From Candidatus Onthousia faecigallinarum (GTDB taxonomy: Bacteria; Bacillota_I; Bacilli_A; RF39; UBA660): DNA of 60,101 bases. Where the stretch lies: contig DVKE01000042.1 of the NCBI GenBank assembly GCA_018716225.1, positions 1 through 60,101 of the forward strand, given 5' to 3'. A model generated the notes under the pieces. That model was given only the letters and a program-made list of their open reading frames with translations. It made no database searches and was not told the origin of the DNA. This document shows positions 1 through 10,026 of this stretch, piece after piece; position 1 is the first letter of the stretch, and every line of letters begins with the position of its first letter. A program made the position numbers and the translations under genes.

Positions 1-165
1 TATAAGGGTACCACAAATTAACTCAAAATCAAATTTCTAATAAAAAAACAGTAAAATTTCCTTTTACTTAAAGGCTTATTCTACTGTTTTAATTTTATTT
101 CGTGTTTTTATCCTGACACTTTTCGACCACACAATTTAAAAATCATAAAAAAACGAACTATTACT

Positions 166-175
166 AGTTCGAACA
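166..175. repeat. Distal att-like core AGTTCGAACA of the left element
   Basis: Exact 10-mer repeated at 5926-5935 and, as its reverse complement, at 57354-57363. It has a palindromic TTCGAA centre. Confidence 0.5.
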
Positions 176-294
176 ACTATCAATCTGGTGCCGTTGAGAA
201 AGTTATCTACAACTTTTGCCAAAGGTAATTGATGTATGAATCAATCACTAAAAATAGTTTAGCAAATAAAAGAAAAAGTAACAATAATATAATA

Positions 295-816
295 CTAATT
301 TTGTATATAATTAGGCTTTAAAATCTTAGACTGTCCTTTTTCTAAAATTTGACTTTTTAAAAGTATTCCCAATTCTTCCCAAGAATCAATATCATTGGAA
401 TCAAATAAATTATTAATTTGAGATTTTAAAAGAGATATTGCCATATCAATTTCAGAAGAATAATCTAATGCTGATGCTGAATAGCTTTTTCTTGGAATAC
501 CAAATTCTAAAAAACAGTCTCGCAAATCAATAGTATTTGATAAAAAAGCTTCATTTGAATGTCTAACAATATATTTTTTTTCGTCTGTATCAGGACAGTA
601 ATAAACATATTCGTACCGATAATCGCTTCTATCATCGGGCATTGCTAAAGATTCATCTATTTGAAAAAGCAGTATTGGTATTTCTGATGTTTTTTCTTGA
701 TTATACTGTTCTTCTAATATTTTTAATTCGTTTCCTTTCTCTATTATTTGTAATCTTTTCTGTTTAATTTCTTTTTCTAATTCTTGTATTTTAATTATTT
801 TTTCATTTCTATCCAC
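295..816 (-). CDS. Hypothetical protein with N-terminal coiled-coil (IME cargo)
   Basis: 173-aa ORF with a GTG start preceded by GGGAGG. The N-terminus is K/E/Q-rich and heptad-like. No recognisable motif. Confidence 0.55.
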   Translation of the reverse strand: MDRNEKIIKIQELEKEIKQKRLQIIEKGNELKILEEQYNQEKTSEIPILLFQIDESLAMPDDRSDYRYEYVYYCPDTDEKKYIVRHSNEAFLSNTIDLRDCFLEFGIPRKSYSASALDYSSEIDMAISLLKSQINNLFDSNDIDSWEELGILLKSQILEKGQSKILKPNYIQN

Positions 817-874
817 AAACTAAACCTCCCTTAATTTATATACTTTAATACAATAGAATTTATATATAATTGAT

Positions 875-1333
875 TTAACTCTTTTTCTTTACTAACATTG
901 GCCCTTGAGATTGTTGTTTTTTCTTTAAGTCACTATCCAAACCAAACATTACATTAAACAAATTAGTCATTTTATCAACCATTTCTGTATCAGTATTTGA
1001 TATTATTTCCTGTGCAATCTCCTCATCACATGAAATGATGGATCTAGTTTCTCCAACACCATGTATTTGTGTTAATAAGCCAAATATTTGTTCTGTATTT
1101 ATTGCAGCGCCTAAATCTAAATATGAATTTTTTGGATTTATATAATCTTTTTTAGGACATATATCCTGAAATAGTTCTTCAAAGTCAGGTAAAGAATAAA
1201 ATTCATATAATTTAGTTTCTAATTCATGATGTTTTATAATTGGAGATAAACCTTTCTGAAAATTTATTGCACAGTACAATCTAATAAAGTCTGTTTCAGA
1301 AAATCTAGGATATTTAATAGTTTCTTTAATCAT
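875..1333 (-). CDS. Hypothetical protein (IME cargo)
   Basis: ORF-track 875-1348. The ATG at 1333 (MIKETIKYPRF) sits 8 nt after GGAGG, so the upstream ATG probably lies inside the RBS. No recognisable motif. Confidence 0.55.
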   Translation of the reverse strand: MIKETIKYPRFSETDFIRLYCAINFQKGLSPIIKHHELETKLYEFYSLPDFEELFQDICPKKDYINPKNSYLDLGAAINTEQIFGLLTQIHGVGETRSIISCDEEIAQEIISNTDTEMVDKMTNLFNVMFGLDSDLKKKQQSQGPMLVKKKS

Positions 1334-1396
1334 AATATTAACCTCCACTTGTGTATATATTATATCATGCCTTTAAATAAATTTAAAGTTTAATCA

Positions 1397-2779
1397 TCAT
1401 ATTTCTAAATCAAAGTCTTCATGATCTTTATTTTTATCATATTCTTTGCTCCAATTATAATCTGCTTTCAAATCTTTAATTGTTTTATCGCTAAATATTC
1501 CATGTTCGTATAAGTCTTTTGAAAATCCCCAATAATCTTCACGTTCTTTGTCTTTGCCTAATATTTTATGTTTGATAAAGTTGATTAATCTATCAAATAA
1601 ATCTTTAAAGTAATCTACTAGTTCTTCAAGATGTTTATTATCTTTTTTTAACTCTTTAATCTCTTTATTTTTGTTTTCAATATTTTTTGATAAAGTATCT
1701 ACTTTAAGAGATAATGCCTCATTATTTTCAGTTAGTATTTTAATTTTTTCTCTATTTTCCTCTAGTTCAGTATCAACATTATTTAGGGTAACTGATAGTT
1801 TTTCAGTTCGTTTAAAATCAGAGTTTGTTTTATCAACTTTATCAATATATTCTAATATTTTATTTTTATCATCTTCGGAAATAGTATAGGTGTTTTTTAC
1901 TATTGGTGCCTTTTTTAGATTATTAACTGTGTCTTTAATATCAGCGGTAATTTTATCAAGTTCACTAGATTTTTTACTGGCTATTTCTAATGCTTTTTTA
2001 TCTTTTTCCATTTGGTCTTTCATGGCTTGATAATTTCCCATATCTTTGACATTTATATCTTTGTTTCTACCTTTTTCTTTCTTTTTCAAAATGTCATTTA
2101 AGCAATATTCTTTATTAAAACTAGCAATACATAGTGTTCTCATTTTATCTTGTAATTTGCGAAGACTATCTCTTGTGAAAACATCTCCTTTACCAACTTG
2201 TTTTTTCATACCAGTTTTATTTTTATATTTTATTGGTACACCAACAATATGAAGATGTGGACTAGTTTCGTCATAGTGAATAATCGCACTGGCTATTTTA
2301 AAGTTAGGTAATTGTTCCTCTAAATCACTCACTTGTTCTTTAAAAACATTAGTCATTTTATGCTTGAATTTATCATCTTTCGCATCCCAATATTTTTTAT
2401 CTCCAAGTTCAATGATAATTTCACAAGCGAGGTCATTTTTGGAGTTATCACTTATCTTTTTGAAATAATCTGTAATCTTTCTATCATCTCTTGTTTGCCT
2501 AGAATTATATTCATCTACTGCCTCTTTAAATTCTTCTTCATAAAGTTTTTTGACATCATCATAGAGAGAAGAAGTACCTCTTATTATTTCAATTAGTTCT
2601 GTATTATTATCATATTTACGGTAATTATGTTTATCAACTCGTGATAAACCTCTCGCATTTTGAATTGCATTGTTTGATAGAGAAGTAGTGCCAGAAGCAT
2701 TACTTTTTGCCATATTTTTTGATGATGGCTTTCTGTTTTTATCACTACCTAGATGTAGTGAATAAGATAATTCGCTCAT
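1397..2779 (-). CDS. mob: MobV-family (Pre/Mob) relaxase
   Basis: 460 aa. The N-terminal domain carries the MobV signature HxDE..PHxH (IHYDETSPHLHIVGVPI). The C-terminal half is a long coiled coil, as in Pre/Mob proteins. Confidence 0.8.
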   Translation of the reverse strand: MSELSYSLHLGSDKNRKPSSKNMAKSNASGTTSLSNNAIQNARGLSRVDKHNYRKYDNNTELIEIIRGTSSLYDDVKKLYEEEFKEAVDEYNSRQTRDDRKITDYFKKISDNSKNDLACEIIIELGDKKYWDAKDDKFKHKMTNVFKEQVSDLEEQLPNFKIASAIIHYDETSPHLHIVGVPIKYKNKTGMKKQVGKGDVFTRDSLRKLQDKMRTLCIASFNKEYCLNDILKKKEKGRNKDINVKDMGNYQAMKDQMEKDKKALEIASKKSSELDKITADIKDTVNNLKKAPIVKNTYTISEDDKNKILEYIDKVDKTNSDFKRTEKLSVTLNNVDTELEENREKIKILTENNEALSLKVDTLSKNIENKNKEIKELKKDNKHLEELVDYFKDLFDRLINFIKHKILGKDKEREDYWGFSKDLYEHGIFSDKTIKDLKADYNWSKEYDKNKDHEDFDLEI

Positions 2780-2799
2780 ATTTTCAACCCCCTTAATTT

Positions 2800-3057
2800 T
2801 TATTTTTCGTCAAAATATTTTCTTGCTTCTTCTAAAGTAGGAAAGAACTCTTGGTTCATCATTGCATTTGAGTTTGGCTCAATATAAGTGCATACAATAT
2901 AGTGATTAAAACATTTATCAACATAAACAAGATACAATTTTTCTTTCTCACGGGTAAGATAACATTTACCATATTTCAAATTATAAAATTCTTTTTTATA
3001 TTCAAAGTCCATATATAAAATCACACTCCTTTTATAGATATATTTTGGCTCTGACAA
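2800..3057 (-). CDS. Small hypothetical protein upstream of mob (possible relaxase accessory protein)
   Basis: 85-aa ORF, 20 nt upstream of mob on the same strand. The start is uncertain: TTG at 3057 or ATG at 3012. Confidence 0.4.
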   Translation of the reverse strand: MSEPKYIYKRSVILYMDFEYKKEFYNLKYGKCYLTREKEKLYLVYVDKCFNHYIVCTYIEPNSNAMMNQEFFPTLEEARKYFDEK

Positions 3058-3242
3058 AATATTTAACCCCCTAGGTATTTTGACGCAAACATCAAAATAA
3101 CCTGTGGGCTAGGGCTTCCCTAGAACCCTTTTCGACTTACTTCATAATGTTTTAAAACTTCGTAATAAAACAAAATGAAGATAAGTCTTTTTAACAAACT
3201 ATCGCCACTTTCATTGAACCAAGTTCAACAAAACGTGCCACG
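3055..3242. repeat. Conserved hairpin-rich non-coding segment (candidate oriT), inverted copy of 59912-60101
   Basis: The reverse complement matches the right window end, with identical runs of 31 nt (CGTCAAAATACCTAGGGGGTTAAATATTTTG) and 28 nt (CCCTAGCCCACAGGTTATTTTGATGTTT). It contains stems CTAGGG/CCCTAG, GGTATTTTGA/TCAAAATAACC and TTGAAC/GTTCAA. Confidence 0.75.
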
Positions 3243-3359
3243 TTTGTTATAACTTTTTTTAGAAAAAAGTTAGCAAAAAATCTTTATTATAGATAAGTTC
3301 AAAACAAGAAAAGTAAACTTTTTTGTTTTAAACTTTTTCTATTTTTTATTTTATTATTT

Positions 3360-5338
<1,979 letters not shown>

Positions 5339-5530
5339 CTAAAAAAAGAGATGAAAGTCCTAGAAATATCTACTACCTTTATCTCTTTAACTTTGCTATT
5401 AATAAATTGTGTACTTCCAAATCAATAACCCCCATTAAAAAGATTTGGCAGGTAAATAACCCCTTGTTTTGCCTAATATAATAAAGTTTTTAAGAGAAAA
5501 AGTCAATATCTGTCGTTTAAATAATAATGA

Positions 5531-5806
5531 TTAAGCCATATTCTTAATATAATCTTCTAATTCTACAAGTTTAATCTTTCTATTTAGATTACCTATATAA
5601 ATATCAGTAGAATAGTTAAAAGCTAGAAAAGTAGTATTATTTACAACGATTTTATGAGGTTCAATGTAGTTTAAGTTTGTATTGTTAATTCTTTTAATAC
5701 TTCCATTAGTAATGATAGGAGTAACGTGGCAGAACTCACAAATAAACTCAATACGTTGTTTCAAACTTTTTTCCATTTCTAACTCTTGAGTAGTAAACTT
5801 TATCAT
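5531..5806 (-). CDS. Small conserved element protein (unknown; candidate recombination directionality or regulatory factor)
   Basis: 91 aa from the ATG at 5806, whose RBS context matches the right copy. It is clearly homologous to 57452-57724 (IEFICEFCHVTPIITNGSIKRINNTNLNYIEPH vs LEIICDFCNTSPTFINGSIRKIDKTNLSYIEPH). Confidence 0.6.
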   Translation of the reverse strand: MIKFTTQELEMEKSLKQRIEFICEFCHVTPIITNGSIKRINNTNLNYIEPHKIVVNNTTFLAFNYSTDIYIGNLNRKIKLVELEDYIKNMA

Positions 5807-5925
5807 AATTAACACCATCCTTTCTTTTAGGATGATTTCTATGTACTTCCAAGCCCTACGGGAGTTCGGAACACAAAAAAAATCAATCCAAACGGATTGA
5901 TTATATGTTAAGTTCAAACTGTAAA

Positions 5926-5935
5926 AGTTCGAACA
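5926..5935. repeat. tRNA-proximal att-like core AGTTCGAACA of the left element
   Basis: Exact copy of 166-175, located 10 nt from the 3' end of tRNA-Gly. Confidence 0.5.
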
Positions 5936-5945
5936 GAAACGTCAC

Positions 5946-6019
5946 TGGAGCGGATGAGGAGAATCGAACTCCCGTAGTTAGCTTGGAAGGCTAAGGTTCT
6001 ACCATTAAACTACATCCGC
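5946..6019 (-). tRNA. tRNA-Gly (anticodon UCC)
   Basis: The reverse complement folds as GCGGATG acceptor, anticodon stem TTAGC/GCTAA with loop CTTCCAA, T-arm GGGAG TTCGATT CTCCT, and an encoded CCA. Confidence 0.9.
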
Positions 6020-6128
6020 AGTGATATTGTTTCGTTTTTTTGGTTGAAACAATATTAATTATACTGAAAAATTGATTCCTGTCAATACTTTTCGAAAAAT
6101 TAAAGCGAAAAAATAGGGAAGGTGAAAT

Positions 6129-6587
6129 TTATCTTGTTGTAATTGATTCTTTGGCCTTTTTCTTTCCTCCACAGAATTTACTAACTGGAATACGATATGT
6201 TTTAGCTAGTAAAATCAATTTTTCTGTTGGAATTCTATTTCTTCCTTCTTCATAGTAGAAATAAGTTGATTGCCTAATTCCTAGAAGATAAGCAAATTCC
6301 TTTTGTGTTTTGTTTGTTTTAGTCCGAAACTCTTTTAATTTTCTTCCGATCAAAGCATTATCTACTTGTTCTGGATATAAGACTTCTTCTTTATTTGTCG
6401 TTAAGTCCAACAAGTAATCCACATTCGTGTGAAATAGTTTGGCTATTTCTACAATTTTTTCTATGGGGAAATTAACATCGCCTAATTCCCACATTGTGTA
6501 CGTGGAACGTTTAACATTTAATTTTTTCGCAAGCTCTTTTTGAGTCATGTCTTGATCTTCTCTGACATCTCTAATTTTCCATCCCAT
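6129..6587 (-). CDS. Dual XRE-family helix-turn-helix transcriptional regulator
   Basis: Two HTH_3-like repeats (MTQKELAKKLNVKRSTYTMWELG and KTQKEFAYLLGIRQSTYFYYEEG). The ATG at 6587 follows AAGGTGG. It is divergent from the bacteriocin exporter. Confidence 0.8.
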   Translation of the reverse strand: MGWKIRDVREDQDMTQKELAKKLNVKRSTYTMWELGDVNFPIEKIVEIAKLFHTNVDYLLDLTTNKEEVLYPEQVDNALIGRKLKEFRTKTNKTQKEFAYLLGIRQSTYFYYEEGRNRIPTEKLILLAKTYRIPVSKFCGGKKKAKESITTR

Positions 6588-6710
6588 CTTTACCACCTTG
6601 AACTTATTTTATTACAGCTCATTGGGAGATTTTCATTTTGTCAAAATAACTGATAAATCAATCTCATTTTTTGAAAAAACATTTCTTTTTGTATAAATAA
6701 TTAATAGGAG

Positions 6711-8792
6711 GTGTTAGAAATTAAACGTGTTCCTGTTGTATTACAAACTTATACCAATGATTGTGGTGTTTCTTGTCTTCTTGCTATTTTACGTTATTAT
6801 GGTGGAAATGCGCCAAAGGAATGGCTCATGGAAGAAAGTGGTACTACGCAATCGGGAGTTAGTTTTTATGGGCTCAAGAAAGTAGCTAATATTTTAGGCT
6901 TTCAAGTAGAAGGGAAAAAGGGAGAACTTTCTTCTATCCCTTCGAAAGATTATCCTTTTATTGCTCATTTAAAACAGGAAGAACAAGAACATTTTGTTGT
7001 AGTAGAAAAAATCAGTAAAGATAATGTTGTTGTGATGGATCCCGCTTCTGGGCATAAAAAGATTGCTCTTTCTTTCTTTTTAGAAATGATAACGGGAAAT
7101 TATTTGTTTTTCTATAAGAATGGTTATCTTAAAACGATTGAGACCAAACATACTTGTCATTTTATCCTATGTAATTTCTTCAAACAGCATAAAGGTTATT
7201 TGCTCTTGCTATTTTTTCTTGGTATTTTCTCTTTCTTTTTGGAACTTGCTTTTTTATTTCATTTTAAGCTGTTTATCTCTTATGGAGTAATGCCAGGAAT
7301 TATACAAAACCTCATTGTCATTGGTCTTCTTTTCTTTTTTATTCATTTGAATAGAATTTATTTTTCCTTTTGCTTTGAATTATGTGGTTTAAAATTAGAA
7401 AAACAACTTTATTATTTATTACATCAAAAACTATGTTCTACTTTACTAACGCTTCCATACCTTTATTATAAAACTCGTTCTTCTGGTAGCATTTTAGCAC
7501 TTTTTGAAGAATTAAGAGTCCTTAGTGTTTTCCCGCTTCGTCTTTTTCAAATTCTTTTTAAAACTTTTCCCCTTTTTGTCTTTATATTGATTTATTTTTA
7601 TTTGCTGTCTCCTTTTTACTTTTATTTTCTTTGTATTGGTCTTCTTCTTTTTTTCTTGTTGACTATGATTGAAAAGAGGATTTATTTAAAGAAGTTTAAA
7701 GAAAATTACCAATTACGAGAGCAAAGAAATGATTTTTCTTCTCAACTTTTGACCAAAATGGAAATGATTAAGGGACTTCATTTGGAAAAACAATATCATA
7801 AGAAACAAAAGCAACTTTCTTCTCGCTTGGTTTGTAGTGATTATGATTTATCTTTTCAAGAAGTAAGGCAGAAGAATATATTTCAAGTAGTGGAGCGTAT
7901 TCTTTACTTTGCTATTTTACTTTTAGGAGGGATGGAAGTTGTTCATCAAAAACTTGGTTTCTCAACCTTTTTATTATTAGAGAGTTTTCTTGGCCTAGCT
8001 TTACAGTCAGGAAGTGAGTTTTTAGGAATCTTTTTTCAGACGTCTCATTATCAAAAAGCAAGGGATTATTTTGATGAGTTGTTTTCTTTAAAGAGGGAAT
8101 TACTATTACCGCATCCTAATTTAAAATTATCTTTTGCACCTTCCATTTTGGTTTCTCATCTATCTTATTCTTATGGGGATAAGGTCGTTTTGCAGGATGT
8201 GAATTTTCAAGTAGGGGCAGGAGAGCATATTTTTATTTATGGTGCTAGTGGGAGTGGAAAGAGTACTTTAGGTAAGATTTTAGCGGGGTTTTATTCCATT
8301 CCTTATGGAAGAGTATCTTTTGATTCCATTGATCTTACCCATTTTAATCTAGATTATTTACGTTCTGTAGTTACTTATACTGGAACTTTTGAGACTCTTT
8401 TTTCCGGTAGTGTTTATGATAATCTTACTTTAGGCAGAAAGATTCCTTATAAAGAGATTCAGAGTGTTTTAAAAATCACAGGACTTGATTTTGTTTTAAA
8501 GGAGAAAAAGATTTCTTTAAAAACGGATTTACTTACTTTAGGAGAAGATCTAAGCGCAGGAGAACGGAGTCGTTTGTTTGTAGCGAGAGCTTTATTGAAA
8601 AAGAGTAAGATCTATATTTTTGATGAATCTTTAGACCATTTGGATCAAGAAAGTGAAAGGCGGATTTTAAAAGCGATTTTTACCTTTTATGATTCTCAGA
8701 CTATTTTGTATATTTCTCATCGTTTTGCAGCCAAAGATTTATTTGATCATGTTTTCTCTTTTCAGGAAGGAGTAGGATATGAAGAATTTTGA
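6711..8792 (+). CDS. Bacteriocin-processing ABC transporter with N-terminal C39 peptidase domain
   Basis: C39 catalytic-Cys context QTYTNDCGVSCLLAILRYYGG, a polytopic TMD, Walker A GASGSGKST, signature LSAGERSRL and Walker B IYIFDES. The start is uncertain: the GTG at 6711 abuts AGGAG with no spacer. Confidence 0.85.
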   Translation: MLEIKRVPVVLQTYTNDCGVSCLLAILRYYGGNAPKEWLMEESGTTQSGVSFYGLKKVANILGFQVEGKKGELSSIPSKDYPFIAHLKQEEQEHFVVVEKISKDNVVVMDPASGHKKIALSFFLEMITGNYLFFYKNGYLKTIETKHTCHFILCNFFKQHKGYLLLLFFLGIFSFFLELAFLFHFKLFISYGVMPGIIQNLIVIGLLFFFIHLNRIYFSFCFELCGLKLEKQLYYLLHQKLCSTLLTLPYLYYKTRSSGSILALFEELRVLSVFPLRLFQILFKTFPLFVFILIYFYLLSPFYFYFLCIGLLLFFLLTMIEKRIYLKKFKENYQLREQRNDFSSQLLTKMEMIKGLHLEKQYHKKQKQLSSRLVCSDYDLSFQEVRQKNIFQVVERILYFAILLLGGMEVVHQKLGFSTFLLLESFLGLALQSGSEFLGIFFQTSHYQKARDYFDELFSLKRELLLPHPNLKLSFAPSILVSHLSYSYGDKVVLQDVNFQVGAGEHIFIYGASGSGKSTLGKILAGFYSIPYGRVSFDSIDLTHFNLDYLRSVVTYTGTFETLFSGSVYDNLTLGRKIPYKEIQSVLKITGLDFVLKEKKISLKTDLLTLGEDLSAGERSRLFVARALLKKSKIYIFDESLDHLDQESERRILKAIFTFYDSQTILYISHRFAAKDLFDHVFSFQEGVGYEEF

Positions 8793-9156
8793 AAAATCTT
8801 CTTTTCTTTCTTTTCATAGCTTATGTGCTTTTCTTTTCTTCTTTTTTCTTGTTTTTTTTCTTTTTCGAGTGAAGCTTTGGTCTTTTTTTGAATTTTCTAT
8901 GGTAAAAATTTCAGATCATACTTATCAAGTGGTAGTAGAAAAAACTCAAAAAGATTTGTTTTATCATCGCCAGTATTTTTATATCTTAGGGGAAAAAGTA
9001 ACTTATCAAGTGGAACAATCTCTAGAAGAAAAGGGTTTTATTTTCATTACAATAAAGGTAAAAAACTGGGAAGGGGAAGAGATGGTTTCCATTCAAGTAC
9101 CAGACAAAAAACAATCAATCTTTAAATTTATTTTAGAAAGTTGGAGGATAGTATGA
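8779..9156 (+). CDS. Small membrane-anchored accessory protein of the bacteriocin locus (function unknown; accessory or immunity candidate)
   Basis: 125 aa with an N-terminal hydrophobic helix. It overlaps the exporter stop and the first peptide start (ATGA). Confidence 0.5.
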   Translation: MKNFEKSSFLSFHSLCAFLFFFFLVFFLFRVKLWSFFEFSMVKISDHTYQVVVEKTQKDLFYHRQYFYILGEKVTYQVEQSLEEKGFIFITIKVKNWEGEEMVSIQVPDKKQSIFKFILESWRIV

Positions 9157-9296
9157 ATTATTTATCAAATCAGGAATTAAAAAAAATCAAAGGCGGATTT
9201 TCCGTTTGGGCCGTTTTGGGCATTGCTGCTATTATTTCGTTTCTAGCAGGAGTTATTAGTGGCTATGTAAATCCTCAAGAATGTGGAGGTGAATAA
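9153..9296 (+). CDS. Double-glycine-leader bacteriocin precursor 1 (47 aa; not in the ORF track)
   Basis: MNYLSNQELKKIKGG / FSVWAVLGIAAIISFLAGVISGYVNPQECGGE. It has a textbook LSxxELxxIxGG leader and a hydrophobic 32-aa core. The start overlaps the upstream stop. Confidence 0.8.
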   Translation: MNYLSNQELKKIKGGFSVWAVLGIAAIISFLAGVISGYVNPQECGGE

Positions 9297-9467
9297 ATGA
9301 AAAAATTATTTGATGGTGATCTTAAAAAAATTCAAGGTGGGACTTCTCTTACTAGTAGTCTTTTGAATGCTTTCAATAGTTTGTTTAAATCTCTTATGGA
9401 ATTTGGAGAAAAAGTAGGATCTGCTCTTCGAAGAATTGGAAGTGGTGAAATTTGTCCTTTAAAATAA
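9297..9467 (+). CDS. Double-glycine-leader bacteriocin precursor 2 (56 aa; not in the ORF track)
   Basis: MKKLFDGDLKKIQGG / TSLTSSLLNAFNSLFKSLMEFGEKVGSALRRIGSGEICPLK. The ATG directly abuts the stop of peptide 1, and the 41-aa core is amphipathic and cationic. Confidence 0.75.
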   Translation: MKKLFDGDLKKIQGGTSLTSSLLNAFNSLFKSLMEFGEKVGSALRRIGSGEICPLK

Positions 9468-9640
9468 AAAGAATTCTTTTTTTCATTCTTTGTTTTTTAT
9501 TAGTGCTTTTTCTTTATTTTTTAGGTTATTTGGTAGGCCAAAATCTTTGTTAAACTATAAAAAAGAGAAGAAAAAAGCTCCTTTTTGTTTCTTTTTCTCT
9601 TAAAAATGAAGGAAAATATGTAAAAAATCGTAAAAATTTG

Positions 9641-9670
9641 TTGTATTTTCAGTACTTACAGTGTTATAAT
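9641..9670 (+). promoter_or_regulatory. Putative sigma-A promoter for rpsU
   Basis: TTGTAT, 18 nt, then an extended -10 TGtTATAAT (9662-9670), about 40 nt upstream of rpsU. Confidence 0.45.
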
Positions 9671-9707
9671 CAGAGATAGAAAAAAACGAAGGGAGGGATA
9701 TAGTCTT

Positions 9708-9947
9708 ATGATACCGGTACCAGTCAAAAATGGTAATTTAGATTTTGCAATTAGACGCTACAAACAAAAGCTTGCAAAAGATGGTGTCCCTTCTGAAGCA
9801 AAGAAACATGATGCATATGATAAACCAGGAGTAAGAAGAAGAAAAGCTAAGGAAGCTGCAAAGAAAAATGCACGGAAAAATAATGCTCGTAAGAGTAATA
9901 ATAGTTATAAGAGTGGCGGATATAAAGAATCTCGTAAGAGTGAATAA
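9708..9947 (+). CDS. rpsU: 30S ribosomal protein S21 with an extended basic C-terminus
   Basis: The pattern NGNLDFAIRRYKQKLAKDGVPSEAKKHDAYDKPGVRRRKAKEAAKK matches S21. RBS GGGAGGG lies upstream. Confidence 0.8.
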   Translation: MIPVPVKNGNLDFAIRRYKQKLAKDGVPSEAKKHDAYDKPGVRRRKAKEAAKKNARKNNARKSNNSYKSGGYKESRKSE

Positions 9948-10026
9948 AAGTGTTTTGTTGAAAATCAAAATGCTTTTTTTTTAGGCATTTCTTTTTTTTC
10001 TTTTCATAAAATGTAATGGTGATGAT

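Noticed and set aside
1671-2596. Plus-strand ORFs 1671-1889, 2046-2252 and 2333-2596 inside the mob gene.
   Set aside because: They are antisense shadows of the K/E-rich relaxase coding region. Their translations are low-complexity F/S/L-rich strings, they have no RBS, and they lie fully inside a well-supported gene.
9464-9550. A hydrophobic reading frame (…ILFFILCFLLVLFLYFLGYLVGQNLC*) right after bacteriocin peptide 2, considered as a possible immunity peptide.
   Set aside because: It has no ATG, GTG or TTG start with an RBS; only ATA/ATT codons are available. It overlaps the A/T palindrome that may act as a terminator. It is worth a look only if peptidomics finds it.
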